Assembly (NCBI RefSeq): GCF_006345805.1 | Contig: NC_043001.1 | Coordinates: forward strand, 110,422,001 to 110,486,000 | Origin: Octopus sinensis | Taxonomy: Eukaryota | Direction: 5' to 3' | Length of the DNA: 64,000 nucleotides | Notes under the pieces: model-generated | Seen by the model: the letters and a program-made list of their open reading frames with translations, nothing else | What the model was told of the DNA's origin: nothing | Database searches by the model: none | Shown: positions 26,661-40,256 of the stretch, piece after piece | Position numbering within the stretch: the first letter of the stretch is position 1 | Layout of the letters: each line of letters begins with the position of its first letter | Position numbers and translations under genes: made by a program

Positions 26661-27255
26661 GGCGGTGAGCTGGCAGAAACGTTAGCACGCCGGGCAAAAT
26701 GCGTAGCCGTATTTCGTCTGCCGTTACGTTCTGAGTTCAAATTCCGCCGAGGTCGACTTTGCCTTTCATCCTTTCGGGGTCGATTAAATAAGTACCAGTT
26801 ACGCAATGGGGTTGATATAATCGTATTAATCCGCTTGTCTGTTCTTATTTGTCCTCTCTGTGTTCAGCCCCTTGTGGGTAATAAAGAAATAGGTATTTCG
26901 TCTGCCGCTACGTTCTGAGTTCAAATTCCGCCGTGGTCGACATTGCCTTTCATTATTTCGGGGTCAATTAAATAAGTACCTGTTTCGCACTGTGCCTGTC
27001 CTTGTTTGTCCCCTTTATGTTTAACCCCTTGTGGGCAATAAAGAAATAAGAAACGTTAGTACACCGGTTGAAATCCATAGTATTATTTCGTCTGTCTTTA
27101 CGTTCTGAGTTCAAATTCCGCCACGGTCGACTTTGCATTTAATCCTTTCGGGGTCGATAAATTAAGTACCAGTTGCGTACTGTGGTCGATATAATCGACT
27201 GCTCCTCCCGTCCCCCAAAATTTCGAGCCTTGAGCCTAGAGTAGAAAAGAATATT
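26661..27255 (+). mobile_element. SINE family A trimer (tails A, A, B)
   Basis: Junctions gaaataggtatttc (26886) and gaaata-agaaacgttag (about 27048). Confidence 0.9.
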
Positions 27256-27594
27256 ACAGCCTCGTATTTAACTAGCAACTGCAATGATGGAGAGTTTAAA
27301 AGAATTGTAGCGAAGTAACGTTGGATTAGTAGTGCGGCAGATTTCACGGTCCAGCGTCAATGGTAGTTGGGAACAGTAGACTACCAATAGTAATGGGTTG
27401 GAGATTAAGAGGATGTAATGATGGGGTGGTAGCCTACGAGTTGCGGTAGTCAAGTGTATTGCAATAACGGTGGTCTCGCGGGTGTTGACGAGTTGCGATC
27501 GGGCAGCTCTAATAGAGCAGCTATTGTCGAGTGGTTGTAGAAGTGGTCAAACGCTTGCCCGCGTAGTGTAGCAATTATAGTTGAGGAGCAGGCT

Positions 27595-27800
27595 AAATCG
27601 GGATTGCCACAACTCCCAAAATTACTGCATAGCTTAATGACCATTTTGAGAACCCAGTTTCCGCAAAAACTGTTCGCCGGGAGCTGCACAAAGCCGGATT
27701 TCACTGGAGGGCTGCAATCACAAAACCACTGCTTTCAAAAACAAACGTTGCAAAGCGTTTATAGTGGAGTTAAAACCTACAGTATTGGTGCCTAGAGCAG
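27595..27800 (+). mobile_element. Tc1 transposase fragment (second HTH region)
   Basis: LNDHFENPVSAKTVRRELHKAGFHWRAAITKPLLSKTNVAKRL*W matches the Tc1 VSxxTVRRxLxxxG..KPLLS..KRLxW pattern. Confidence 0.75.
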
Positions 27801-27904
27801 TGGAAGAATATTATTTTCTCGGTCGAGTCATCCTTAACCTTATTTCCGACCACCGGTCGAGTATATGTAGAGACAGCAAAAGAAGCATTTGATCCAGACT
27901 ACCT

Positions 27905-28807
27905 TCTTTTGGGGCAGAATAGGATAGTTTCAGGGTGGATCTAATAAAGATTGAATGATATTTACGTTGCTGGAAGAACGATTTAACTAAGTTCTTAACG
28001 TTAAGTATGAATGGGGGTGTGTACCACAGAATAGAGCGTCCGCTGCTTTTTTAGGGTGTCTGGAAGTAGTGCTATCTATGCTTTTAGATAAAGAAATGCT
28101 ATCTATAATTTTGAAGAATGGAGGTGGGAGGCAAGGCCTGTTGCTGTTAGCTGTTTTAGTTGTTTTAGTTTTGATCTAGTGTTAAATGTATGTGTGTGGG
28201 GGTCTAGGTTGCCTAGGTGTAAGACCTTCCAGGGTTCTCTCAACGAGTGTGTGTGTTGTTGGTTGCGATTCTGTAGGTCGGTGCGTCTTTGAGATGTGAT
28301 TTGAGATATATATTTTTTGAGCCTGGCGTTATGTATGCATTCTATATGTTGGGAAAAGCCGCTACCGGTGAGTGTTTGACTGTAATATGGTGCGTGATTA
28401 TTGAAAATTTCCTCAGTGGAAGAGAGGTCGGGTATGCGGCTTGAGATGCCCTTGATTATGTTATCGAAAGTTGATTTGTGGTGATTGGAGTGGATGTTAA
28501 GGTATTTAAGATATTGGTTAGGTTTGTGGTAAGGGGAGTATTGGGAGGTTGACAAGTTTAGAGTTACGTCTAGAAAGTTAAGAGCTTTGTGACCTTTTTC
28601 GAATGTGATAGACATGTTTAGACTCGAGAACAACTTATGTAGGTCCTTTCTAGTTTTTTCCGAGGAGAATTTATTTATGGTTTTGGTAACTAGTATGGCG
28701 TTGTCCCTGTATAAGCCTCCCTTGATGTTAGGGAAATGTATATGGAGCTGGTGGAGTATATATAGTCCAACCAAGTCAGTAACCTGAGCTGAATCAGATT
28801 ATCCCAT
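27905..28807 (-). mobile_element. Penelope-like element RT core, thumb and linker fragment (decayed)
   Basis: MG*SDSAQVTDLVGLYIL, GLYRDN (normally YRDD), LNFLDVTLNL..YSPYHKPN..YLNIHSNH, later ILWYTPPF..IFIRSTLKLSYS. This is a PLE with a C-terminal endonuclease architecture. Confidence 0.85.
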
Positions 28808-29599
28808 GATTATGTCGTATTAGGATATCAGCAGAAACCGGATACTGATCAATTAAATATATTTTTCTTGAATGAAACGGTTCTTTATATATAAAATAAT
28901 AGAGGAGACATGTGATCGCTGTTTTTCCTTCTCTCCTTGTTAATGTTGTTATATATGCCAAACCGTACCTTATACATACGTACACCATTATATTTTCAGT
29001 TAAATTGTAATACAAACATTTTCATTCCATGGAATCGTACTTATATATCATTATTCCTATATGAAAATATATAGAATAAAACCATTTTCTCCTAATGTTA
29101 AAAAGTTGAACTTTTAATTACTGAAACTGCATGAATGTATCTGAAAATTTGACACATTTTCACTCTTTTATAAATATTTAATTCATACATACATAAATAT
29201 ATACATACGGGCATAAATGCACGTATACATACATACACCCACGCACTCACTCAAACACACACACTACATATATTTCTATAATACTGTCATTATAGGAATT
29301 CCCTTGTAAACATTGCTGAAAGTAGAACATATATTCACATTTAAATTATTTATATTTTGAAAACAGTCATGTTTACGCCTTCGATATATCGGGCTGTTAA
29401 TTTTTATAACGATTTATGTTATGTATCAAATATAAAATAAACAAAGCAATTAACTCTCCGATTCAAAATGTATAATAACTGAATATTTTAGAAATACCAA
29501 ACAATAAATGAAACGTGAGAAAAATAAATTATTTTCTATCTTCTGGTTACACACGTCCTGGGGTAATGGTTTTCACTGAACAATTTTAATGACATCTTT

Positions 29600-30237
29600 C
29601 TTTGTTTATTGCCTACAGGGGGCTAAACATAGAGGGGACAAACAAGAACAATTACTGTATATTCTTTTCTAATCCAGGCCCAAGGCCCGAAATTTTGGGG
29701 GAGGGGGCCAGTCAATTAGATCCACCTCAGTACGCAACTGGTACTTAATTTATCGACCCTGAAATGATGAAAGGCAAAGTCGATCTCAGCGGAATTTGAA
29801 CTCAGAACGTAATGGCACACGAAATACCTATTTCTCTACTACCCACAAGGGGCTACACACAGAAGGGACACGCAAGGACAGACAAACGAATTAAGTCGAT
29901 TATATCGACCCCAGTGCGTAACTGGTACTTATTTAATCGACCCCGAAAGGATGAAAGGCAAAGTCGACCTCGGCGAAATTTGAACTCCGAACGTAGCGGC
30001 AGACGAAATACTGCTAAGCATTCTTTTCTCATCTAGGCTCATGGCCCGAAATTTTGGAGGAGGGGGCCTGTCGATTAGACTGACCCCAGTACGCAATTGG
30101 TACTTAATTTATCGATCCCGAAAGGATGAAATGCAAAGTCGACCACGGTGGAATTTGAACTCAGAACGTAAAGACAGACGAAATGCCGCTAAGCATTTCG
30201 CCCGGCGTGCAAACGTTTCTGTCAGCTCGCAGCCTTA
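29600..30237 (-). mobile_element. SINE family A concatemer (tails B, A, B, plus a tail A fragment)
   Basis: Head at 30237; junctions aagaat|gcttagc (about 30020) and gaaatacctatttc (29821). Confidence 0.88.
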
Positions 30238-30261
30238 GGAATTATTATATATTCGATTCAA

Positions 30262-30462
30262 ATTTTGTTACACGGCCAGCAATTTCAGGAAAGGGGAGAA
30301 TCGATTGCATGGACCTCGCAGCTCAACTGGCACTCATTTTATCAACTCTTGAAGGAATGGAAAAGAAAGTCGATCTGCGATGAGTTTTGATCTCAAAACC
30401 AAACGTGGGAAGAAATTCCTCTGAGCATTTTGTGAAGCGCTGTAACGATTCCACCACCATGC
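30262..30462 (-). mobile_element. Old, diverged family A-like SINE
   Basis: Degenerate core actggcactcattttatcaactcttgaaggaatggaaaagaaagtcgat. Confidence 0.5.
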
Positions 30463-32621
30463 CATCTTATGCTTCATATTTATTAATACAGACACATACA
30501 CAGACGTATATACACTTCTACATAAACACACGCACATATATACACATATGTATAAAAAGTAAAGCGTAAAAGAGTTAAAAGGAAGAGTAAATACGGTTAG
30601 GCAGTTTTTAATGATCACTACATATATATATACATGATTTAAAGTTCAATTAAATTAGTTAAAGATTTACCTGTATAATAAGAACAATATTTATTTCGTC
30701 AGGCGATATTTAATTGCTGTCTCCATAAGTATATCCTTTTGACTCTTTTACTCTTTACTTTTTATTTTCACACACGAACAATACCTAAGACTAGAATTGG
30801 TAGCATACCATAATAATACTACTAGCTATTTGGGAATTCTAAAGGTGAATGATCTCTATTTGTACTCAAATACGTTCTTAACAGAACATACCTCAACACA
30901 TATATGTATGCATTCATTTAGTTACACTGTATAATTTTAATAAGATGTGTAGCACGTCTCAAATATTTTTAAAATATTGAATACTGACTTTGCTCCAGGC
31001 TTTATTTTTATATTACATTGTTTTGTGTATCCCCACTTGACTTGAAAGACTTTTGTATGAATTTGAGTGTATGGATGAATGGAAAATATGCTTAAAACCA
31101 TTTGAAAAACGCATCAATGTTAAACAGGTATTTACAGTCATTTGCACTATATATAGAAAATATGATTCTTTTGTCTCTATTGCAAGCGATAATGTATCAA
31201 AATATGGGTTAACTGTCTTGTAAATATAGAAGCTAGTACTGGGTTGTCACGGAATCTGTCTGCCTACCTGACGATTAATACTACTTCTCCGAAAAGATCA
31301 GAAGAATTGTCACTAAGCTCCGGAAGAAGTTGTTGAAAGAAATCAGACGCTTGGGTAAATATGGCGATATGTCTGATCATCGAGACGGGTTAAAAAAGCT
31401 AGATACATACATCAGTTTTATGCCGCAATGTACGTTTACGCTGAACGCAGGAGACATAGGCAAATACACTTGTTGTGATAATGATCCTTGAGCCGTGGTT
31501 GCTTTTCGAGTAACCTTGTTTTTGTACAGTCATTTTGTTTGTGGTGAGATGATCGAAACAGACGTTTTATTGTTGGGGTTGGCTGGGGACTACATGGTCT
31601 TGAATCTTCTGCTAATCGCTGAATACCACTTAGACATCTTCGATTTTTCCCCCAGTAATGGTACTGAAAAAAAAATGTGATATAACCTGCTTGCGCAATG
31701 CATAAATCACAGGTATTAGTTATGAGGTAATAAGAGCCAGTTCTTAGTTTTCTTTCTTGGAAGATCTCGAAAAGTTATCAGAAAGAAAATTTATTGGAAA
31801 GCAGCATAAATGCGTAACGCTAGCTAGACTAAGAAAGGGATGTTTCCAAATAAAACCTACCTACTCTATCCCTGAATATGGTTGCAAAACTCGTCACAAT
31901 AATAGTGCTAGGCATTTAAGACACAAACATATACCTCTTGCCGTTTTAAGATGCAAATGTAGTCTAAAGAAGATTATTAAATTTTGGGTGGAAGTAAAAA
32001 TTGTTTAAAATTACTGCAAAAGCAAATGCATGAATATCTTGATTGCTACGGCGAAGAAAGAACGGATGTTAAGATAAGACATGTTCTCGATGGATCTACT
32101 GAAAATTCCTTATCTTTTTAAGACCAATCAGATGAAGCACTGAGAGGAGAGAGACACGAGTAGAAGTTGATTAGAGCTGTGGAACCCTCTGAACTAATAG
32201 CTGCCGCACCCTCTGAACCCTGTGTATTTTATAACTTGTTATATCATTTCGCCTCCAATATCGTAGTACGGTTGGTATTGTTGACGATACATAAAGAATG
32301 CCCTGTTATAACAATACAAAATAGAAACAGCGGCAGTATCAAACACGCAAATAAAACCAACGATCTTTAACGAAACAACAACCAATAATTCCAACACACT
32401 TATTCAAACTGTGAACTGTACCTGGTCTTTGAAGACCACACTACGAATTACTGACTACATCAGACCGCTGTTCCTTACATGTAGTCGTCCCGTCTATTCT
32501 CGTCAGAGAGTCTCACACTCACGCCACAACGCAATTATATATAAATTTGTGTTTTATATTTTGATTTAAATATATTTTGCCGTTATTGCTGCATTTTCTT
32601 CTATAATATGAAATCCCTTCA

Positions 32622-32971
32622 AGGCGCCGAGCTGGAAGAATCATTAGCACGCCAGGTGAAATGCTCAGCAGTATTTCGTCTGAGTTCAAATTCCGCCGAG
32701 GTCGACTTTGCCTTTTCGGGGTCGATAAATTAAATACCAGTTGCGTACTGGGGTCGATCTAATCGGCTGGGCCCCTTCCAGAAATGTCGGGCCTTGTGCC
32801 TAGAGTAGAAATGATTAAAGGCGGCGAGCTGGCAGAGTCGTTAGCACGCCGGGCGAATGCTTAGCGGTATTTCATCTGCTGCTACGTTCTGAGTTCAAAT
32901 TACGCCGAGGTCGACTTTGCTTTTCATCCTTTCGGGGTCGATTAAATAGGTACCAGTTACGCACTGGGGTG
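32622..32971 (+). mobile_element. Two tandem family A SINEs (second is 3'-truncated)
   Basis: Heads at 32622 and about 32818. Confidence 0.88.
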
Positions 32972-34139
32972 GATAAAAAGATTGGATGGTTAATAAAAGA
33001 TTTACTTAGATCTAGGTTTGCCTAGGACTGAGGCGCAAAAATAATAACAACAACAACGATAAGAACGACGACCAAAGGCTTTCTAAATCAGTAGTATTTG
33101 GATTCGAAGTCCTCCAGGCGATTAGGAGCTATAGGAAAATAAAGCCTTGCGCAAAATTGGATGAAATTGCCACTTTAACGATACCGCAATGATAACAGAA
33201 CGATATGAAGTATTTTGTGAAATAAATATGGCAGCAATTGCCAAATAATTAAGAAAAAACTACGTGACGAATATGACGGCAGTTATAACACGAATACATA
33301 AGATACTGATAAGGAAGAGCATTTCAGAAGTTTGCTACAAATTATGATTTAAATAGGTTCACTCGCATGGTATTGATTCTTGGATGGGTAAGGTTTGGCC
33401 ATAATGGTAAATTGACTCAAAGCTTAAGAAGAAAATAAGTTGGCCGAGATAGTGTGGAAATCCATAGCTAGAATTCAAATGTCAGTCTTGGTGACATAGC
33501 GACTCTCTGATTCCTTCTTTGGAACATGCGTGTAGGTAAAAGAATACCAAGTTATCTAAGTGTCTAGATAATGGATAAAAAGTTTATTAAACAACTGAAT
33601 GTTCATCGCCGATACTGACGGAGTATATGACCTTTATTATCAAAACTAACAATATTTAAAATGGTGGCATTTGAATCACCGTTAACAAAGAATGTGACGA
33701 TATATCATGAATTATTTAACCTTGTCTAAATTACTAGTATCTACACCGTCGTTGAAGTGTGAGTCATTGAATATCGCTGTGCGTTATACTTGGAAATAAT
33801 ATTAATGCTCGACATGATTCCATTTAATTTCATTTCCCAGTCAGGCTTCCCAAGAAAGGGGAAAAAAATTCCTTAAAGAAAAAATAGGAAGAAATTTAGA
33901 AGTGCCATCTCCAGTAATCAAACAGATATATTGAATTTGTGCATTCGTTGTCTTTTGGTTAGAAGGTGATTTGAGGAATAATTGGTATTTAATATTAGCA
34001 AGTTGAACGACCTCATGGTCCATAGAGGTCGTTTCTAAAATGTATGCTATGACATCATTTTGTGTAATAAAAGAGGTAGCGAGTGGAAGACTTGCGAGGG
34101 GGATGTACACAATTCTTTACAGGTTTAACTCCGTCATAT

Positions 34140-34420
34140 TTTTTTCTCAGTTCAGTTTCTGCCGTGAACAAAGTCTGCCTTTTGTTAAACTTGGGTCTTT
34201 AAGATAAATACCTAACAATTAGTACAGTGAAATGCATTTGCTTCTTCTTCAAATGTTTAAGGATAGTTCCCAATGCACCTATAACTACTGGGATACATTT
34301 TACTGGCACTTTCCATAGTCTCTGTAATTCAATAGCTAGGTCCTGGTACTTTGCTATTTTTTCTATACCTCTCATATTGATTTTTACCATCATTTGCGAC
34401 TGCAAAGTCAATTGTCTGGA

Positions 34421-34421
<1 letters not shown>
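34140..34421 (-). mobile_element. R4/Dong-like non-LTR 3' fragment (restriction-like endonuclease C-terminus)
   Basis: IEKIAKYQDLAIELQRLWKVPVKCIPVVIGALGTILKHLK matches the EKxxKYxDL..LW..P(I/V)VIGALG pattern. It abuts (TTC)n/(TTA)n. Confidence 0.8.
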
Positions 34422-34451
<30 letters not shown>

Positions 34452-34640
34452 CTTCTTCTTCTTCTTCTTCTTCTTCTTCTTCTTCTTCTTCTCTTCTTCT
34501 TCTTCTTTTTCTTCTTCTTCTCCTTCTTCATCTTATTATTATTATTATTATATTATTATTATTATTATTATTATTATTAGTAGTAGTAGTAGTATTAGTA
34601 GTAGTAGTAGTAGTAGTAGCAGCAGTAGTAGTAGTAGTAT
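34422..34640. repeat. (TTC)n-(TTA)n-(GTA)n compound microsatellite
   Basis: Seen directly. Confidence 0.95.
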
Positions 34641-34650
34641 CACTACGTGA

Positions 34651-34862
34651 AGGCAGTGACCTGGCAAAATTGTTAGCACGCTAAGCGAAATAGCGGAATT
34701 TCGTTCGCATTACATTCCGAGGTCAAAGTCCGCCGAAATCGACTTTGCCTTTCATCCTTTCGAGGTGGATATAACAAGTACCAGTTGAGTACTGGGTTCG
34801 ATGTAATCGACTAGTCCCTTCCCCCAAAATTGCAGGCTTGTGCCTATAGTAGAAAGAATCAT
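34651..34862 (+). mobile_element. SINE family A monomer (tail B), diverged
   Basis: Head aggcagtgacctggcaaaattgttagcacg, core, tail B. Confidence 0.8.
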
Positions 34863-35789
34863 TATTTCCCAAGTACAGTTGAAGAAAAAATCTTTTTACC
34901 AATTTCTTCTGCCTACCTGGAAGTTATTGCTATTTTATAATGCAATTTTTATATTTGTTTATACGCCAATTAGAAATATTCCTACCAGAACAAATAGTAC
35001 CCACAAACAAAATCAATTGAATGTTGATCAAAGAGAAAAACAAAACAAAACAAAGAAAATAGATGGGAACAAATTTAATTACACAGGAGGACGTAAGCAA
35101 CCAACTAGGAAAAAATAATGGATTTTTGCTAGATGACAGAGATAACAGAAATTCGTGACATTCCAGTGATATTGCTAATGAAGACAACAATACACATGTA
35201 TACGGATCTTTTGTGCTAAATGAACATGTAAATAGTGAAAAAGATGTAACTGTTACTTTCGCTAGCCTGCTTGTCGTAAAGACGCATTGAACATGAACCA
35301 TGTGTTAGAAAAAAGCTGCCTGCTAGCATTGTATGACTTGGAAGAGCAGGTGCCTGTCAGAGGTCTTCCTCCCAGAGAAGAAGGGAAGGAGAGACAGACA
35401 GAAAGCGAGATGATGTGACAGACAGAGAAGGAAAGCCGCCTATTTTTGGATCATTAAGAACAGAGTATGGTAACACCAATACTCATTTGTGAATAACTGA
35501 AGATAGCAATGGACGATGTGAGAGGCAAAATGTCAGTTATTTAGTGCAGTACTTACTGAAACATACGCCTTGCTTTAAAAATCACATATCGGTCGAACAT
35601 TAAGAGGGTGATTGGGAGGATGTTGACTTGGGCACTGAACCTAGGTTTCTATATAACTTTGTGGCACAATACGGGCAGTCAGTTAGTTTCGAGACAAGCA
35701 GGAGTGGAATGCGGTCATTGGAGGACGTAAAGAACGTGCAACACCTAATGATGTCTTCATGTTAACAGATCCAAACCGGAGCTGTGTCC

Positions 35790-35925
35790 CCTCAAGAGTA
35801 ATGAAGGAATTATTCTGAGACTGAATCCAAGTTCAAAATTTCCCCAAGATACCCGAAGAAGGCTGCAGGCTATATCAGCCGAAACAAACAAGATGAGGAC
35901 AAATATCCGTCAAATGTAAATAATA
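35790..35925 (+). mobile_element. PLE pseudo-LTR-like remnant with a broken hammerhead motif
   Basis: ccgaaga-a-ggctg-(10 nt)-cagcc-gaaac at 35853-35885. U4 is mutated and no stem III or cleavage triplet follows. Confidence 0.4.
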
Positions 35926-38819
35926 TAAATAATGTAGAATGAGACTTATGTAATTTGTTGGGTATTAATAGAGTCTGTGACGTAGATTAGGAAATAACGA
36001 AATATTCGGGAATGATTTAGAAACGCATGTCCTAAACTGTGTCATATGCGTCATTAGTGATTTGATTGTAAATATATTTTGAGATTTTTTTTATTGAGAT
36101 GTGACTGCTGTACACAGAGAATGTACTATTGAAATGGAATAAATTTGGTGTAGGATGTGGTCTGTGCCAAGCAGGAATAGGTTTTGGTCTTTATTTAAAT
36201 GTTTAAGTATGTGAACTCTTGTATTATTTTTATAATTTTGCTGAGGTTTCGTATGTACATATTTCTACCACTTGCTGATGTACCTGGTAAATCCCGGGAA
36301 AGCGGGGCTTATCCTTTGGCTCCGTTCTCATAATTGTTTCGCTAATCCAATAACAACAATACAAAGTATGTAGCCCTTAAAACTGTTTTTGTGTATTTAC
36401 AGAGAATACCGAAATGTCTTACACAGGATCTTGCTTTTAGGAATTCCAAATAAGTTATGAATACCCAAACTTTGAAGTCAGTTATGTAATAACATGAAAT
36501 TAGTTACCAGACAAAAAGAATTCAAATAAAGTAGCCCCGAAATGGGCTTTAATGCGTTCCCAGATTATATAGAGCATAGGAGGGAATACTAATAAAGTAT
36601 GTATACTAAAATCGTGAAGCATGTTACATAATAACAGGCTAATGAGATATGAGATAATAACAATTCAAAGTAAATAACTCTGAAAAGCGCTTATGTGCAT
36701 TCCCAGAGAATAATACCACCAGGGGTACTAGTGTTGATATATTCGTGAATAAGTCACTAACCGAAATAAGTGGATCTATTGTTTAGGAAAATATTATTTA
36801 CTTGTTTAAGTGTTGTACTGGATAAATGGCGAAATAACTCTAACTGTTCAAATACTATGAGATAAGCATACTCAATTTTCTTTTTATCAAATAATTTAGG
36901 AAATAAATGGTTTTATTTCCCTTGGCTATATATAAGGATTCCTTACAGGGACCCTATTATCAATTTTTTCAACAATATGAGTATGCCATGAGGTTTCCAA
37001 ACATAAGTTCTACTCACGTGTCACCTTTCATCAAAATCGATAAAACGATGTAGGAGGAGTTAAGTAACAACTCCACAAACACACCCACAGAGAGAATTTC
37101 ACACATATGTAGTAGATTATGATTGTTAAAGTTTTAATTCCGATACCTTCAACATGCTTATTTCCATTTCACGCTCTGGGGAAATTTGAATGCTTAGTCG
37201 CCTTCAGTATGACATTTTGCTCAGAAGGTATTTCGAGGTCAGTTTGCCTGGCTTTCACTAATTAGGCAAGCAGGCACTGAATTATGTGGCCAAAACATCA
37301 TCATGTATTGTGTTAAGTACGTTTTCAAAACATTTCATTTTTTTTTCATACATCAGCGTAATTATCCAGGGACATTGATCTCAACTGAAACAGGACCGTG
37401 TATATTGCTGGCAGGATATAAAAAAATGATGTATTTACTTATTTCGCGTAATTAATTGCCCTCTTCTGCCTGCACTCGTTGTTAGAATCTGGTTTATTTT
37501 CATTTTTTTTTTTTGGTATTTCTTGAAGTCCAGGTAAAATAAAACATTATTGTATTTATTTACGTCCAGGTGAAGGACATCGCAGCTGAAACCAAATCTT
37601 TAACTATACTTTCAACCCACATCTTTCGAATTATTTTCGGTTTTTCACCATAACTTACTTCCCACTTTGTGGAGGCGTTCGGGGTGTTGGTCATGGAAAG
37701 GATTAACTCCCCCGTTTCTTTCTCAGTATTATTTGTAATTCCGTTTAGAGTTTTCCTTTATTTTTATTTATTTATTCATTTATTTATTTATTTATTTTGT
37801 ATAAATTCCTAACAATTTCTTTCCCATGTCCTTATCTAAATCTCTTTCCTCATTTCAGTGCAATTTGGTTTTTAGATTATTTACTGTTTCCTTACAAGGA
37901 AAAGAGGAGGAAAAAAAAAAAAGAAATCTCTTTGTTTTGTTTTCAAATATTTCGTGATTAGATTAATCAGTTTCTCATTGCTAACGGACCTGAAGCTAAA
38001 CAACAGCAACCGTCATGATCACTGCAAATAATAAAACGTACGACAACAACAACAGCAACTACTACTACTACTGCTGCTGCTGCTGCTACTGCTGCTGCTG
38101 CTGCTGCTGCCGTTGTACGCAGAAATGTCATCTTTACAATAAACCACGACTAGCAGTAAATACGACCAGCGCCAACATGTTTTGTGTAGTTTTGATTTAC
38201 CAGTGTAAAGTGTGCAGCTCTGCTGATAGGAATTTTCCTTCTCTCTGCCCCCTCCCCCCACCAACATCTCCCGCTCTTACTGTTTGTGTTTTTTTTTTAT
38301 ATTTTACAAGTATTACAGGTCGAAGCATGCCACAGGAAACCGACCCAACCAGTCTATCTCCATCTCCGCGCGAACAATTTCTTAATTTTGTTCCACCTTG
38401 TCCTGTTTTACCCCCACCCCACGCCACCCACCCTACGCTACTTGTTAATTGTCCTGATTCTCTTTATATGACCGCAATGATGATGATGATGATGAAGAGG
38501 TGTAGGAGGGGGAGGATTATGATTATGTTGATGATCCACATCAGCATCATCGTGATCATCGTAATCATTAAGAACAAGAACAACAACAACAATAATATTA
38601 CGAGTAGTTTTATTACCATGCGTGACGTCATTGTAGAAGAAACCTCTGACAGAAATAGCAAAAAGGAGAGCAACAACAATAATATTAATACACAAAGACA
38701 ATAGTAACACTAAGAAAATAAATAACAACAGAGAAATGTAATTGTAATAACAATAACTACAGCAACACAGCAATTATTGCAACTACAACAACAGCAACAA
38801 CGTCAAATTAAGTAACTCA

Positions 38820-39130
38820 AAGGACAGGCAACTGTCTGGTGTGATGGCGGTAAAATCAGCGCAGTACTTGTTATTCTCCTTAAAAGATGCCTGGTAAAAT
38901 CTGCTCACACTCCAAAAGTAGATAGGAGAGTACAAATTGAAATCCCCTCCTAGATTTTGGCAGCAACTTCCTGAGAAACGCTCAATTGCATCGCTGGGAG
39001 GCCGTAAAAGTCTGACGATAACAATGCAAAGTGCAACACACAGTCAGAGTTGAGAAGAAGCCACAAGGAAGTATGAGTAAATACAAGGGTTGTGGCTAGA
39101 GTATTGGTCTTCTGGAGCATAGAATTCCAT
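38820..39130 (-). mobile_element. Possible LINE APE-endonuclease remnant
   Basis: IVIVRLLRPPSD..LGGDFNL resembles YRPP..GDFN. Confidence 0.35.
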
Positions 39131-39679
39131 TTCTAGAGCAAAAATATCGTGCTGAACAATATCAAGCTTTTATACAGACCAAGAACTAATTTTCCACATA
39201 ACATATTTAGATAGAATAACCAGTCGTTTGAAAGTATATTCCCACCTGTGCTTTATATCTGGTGGTTGTTGACGTGTGTTGTCTTCGAGTGCAGTGACAC
39301 CTTCCTTGAGGTAACACTAATATAAAAAAGAGCACTGCTCTAGGAAAAACCAGGGGATGTGGAGAGGATCCCAGACATGATCCACGCACCCAATGAAGTC
39401 AATTTCTATATTGCGGTTGCAGGCACAAGGTCAAGATATCCTCTTTGGTACATAAGTTCAGGTAAGAGATTTCTGTTGATGAGAGAAGGAATTCATTACT
39501 CTCGACAACAAAGCCCTTCAACAAGAACACTATACAGGAGTTCGAGCAGCAAGACTGGCACAAATAACTGCATCACGACTACTTCTACATCGCGGGATAC
39601 ATTGTAGTGTTGGTGTCGGAACCACATTTGGATTTATTAGCAATTTAATCGAGTTACTCACAGACTAGTCTCAATATAT

Positions 39680-40200
39680 ACTACTTGGGTGCCATCTTCG
39701 GAGTCAGGCTCGCATCAACCTTCTGCAGAATCTTGTGTTAGGGTCATAGGTATCTGTAAACTTCTTTGTCTAGTTCTGTCCAGGTTTCCGCCTTTCTCAG
39801 TCTGAAATACTGGAGACAAGTCTGCTTTGAGAGGATAGGGCATCCATGTCTTCGGTGTGCTTCCATTTGACTGATGTAACTTGTAAGAAATCTCTGATCA
39901 GATAAGAACGTATGTTCTTTTGCATCTATTGGATGAGCCTCTCTTCACAGTTTCCATCGGCTGTCAACATCCAGTTCAGAAGATTCTAAAAAGGTTGTGG
40001 TTTATAATGCACAGATAAGTTCTGAGGGTACGGTATCGGCACTGTCAACGTCTGTGTACTGTGGACGGTGAGCAGATATTTTGGTAATTGTTTTTCTGAC
40101 TGAGCGGCATTTCTCTTTCAAAGAAAAATCGCAGTTTAACGGATGGAGAGCTGAACCATCCTGGGGTACAGAAGATTCACAATATAGACTAGGGTTCTTC
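39680..40200 (-). mobile_element. Highly decayed RTE/BovB-like LINE fragment (EN-RT linker)
   Basis: DVDSRWKL*REA..EAHRRH..PILSKQ..YFRLRKAETWTEL..KILQKVDA resembles the RTE linker. Multiple stops. Confidence 0.45.
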
Positions 40201-40256
40201 TGCTATTTGGCAGAAGTAGGAAGAAAGAGTGAGAAAAAGTTGTGGTGAAAGAGTAC

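Noticed and set aside
32470-32510. CTGACGA on the minus strand as a hammerhead core
   Set aside because: No matching stem II or GAAA downstream.
31750-33450. Weak hAT-like (FWVEVK) and Tc1-like (GWVRFGHNGK) words
   Set aside because: Isolated words without ordered motifs or TIRs.
34990-35700. GPCR-like fragments on the minus strand (LLMFDRY, GTCS, hydrophobic runs) and a GTAAGT donor at 35556
   Set aside because: Needs several arbitrary frame switches, motif spacing is wrong and the acceptor is weak. A frameshift-aware 7tm_1 search would settle it.
37520-37575. Adjacent donor and acceptor (ccag|gtaaaa..ccag|gtg)
   Set aside because: The implied 36-nt intron is too short and no coding frame is evident.
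38015-38773. 229-aa ORF with poly-Cys, poly-Met and poly-Asn
   Set aside because: Composed of trinucleotide repeats with no domain. It could be UTR-like sequence, but is unsupported.
39340-39385. GDVERIPD resembling a 2A-like GDVExNPGP motif
   Set aside because: The essential NPGP is absent, there is an upstream stop, and no downstream LINE ORF on that strand.
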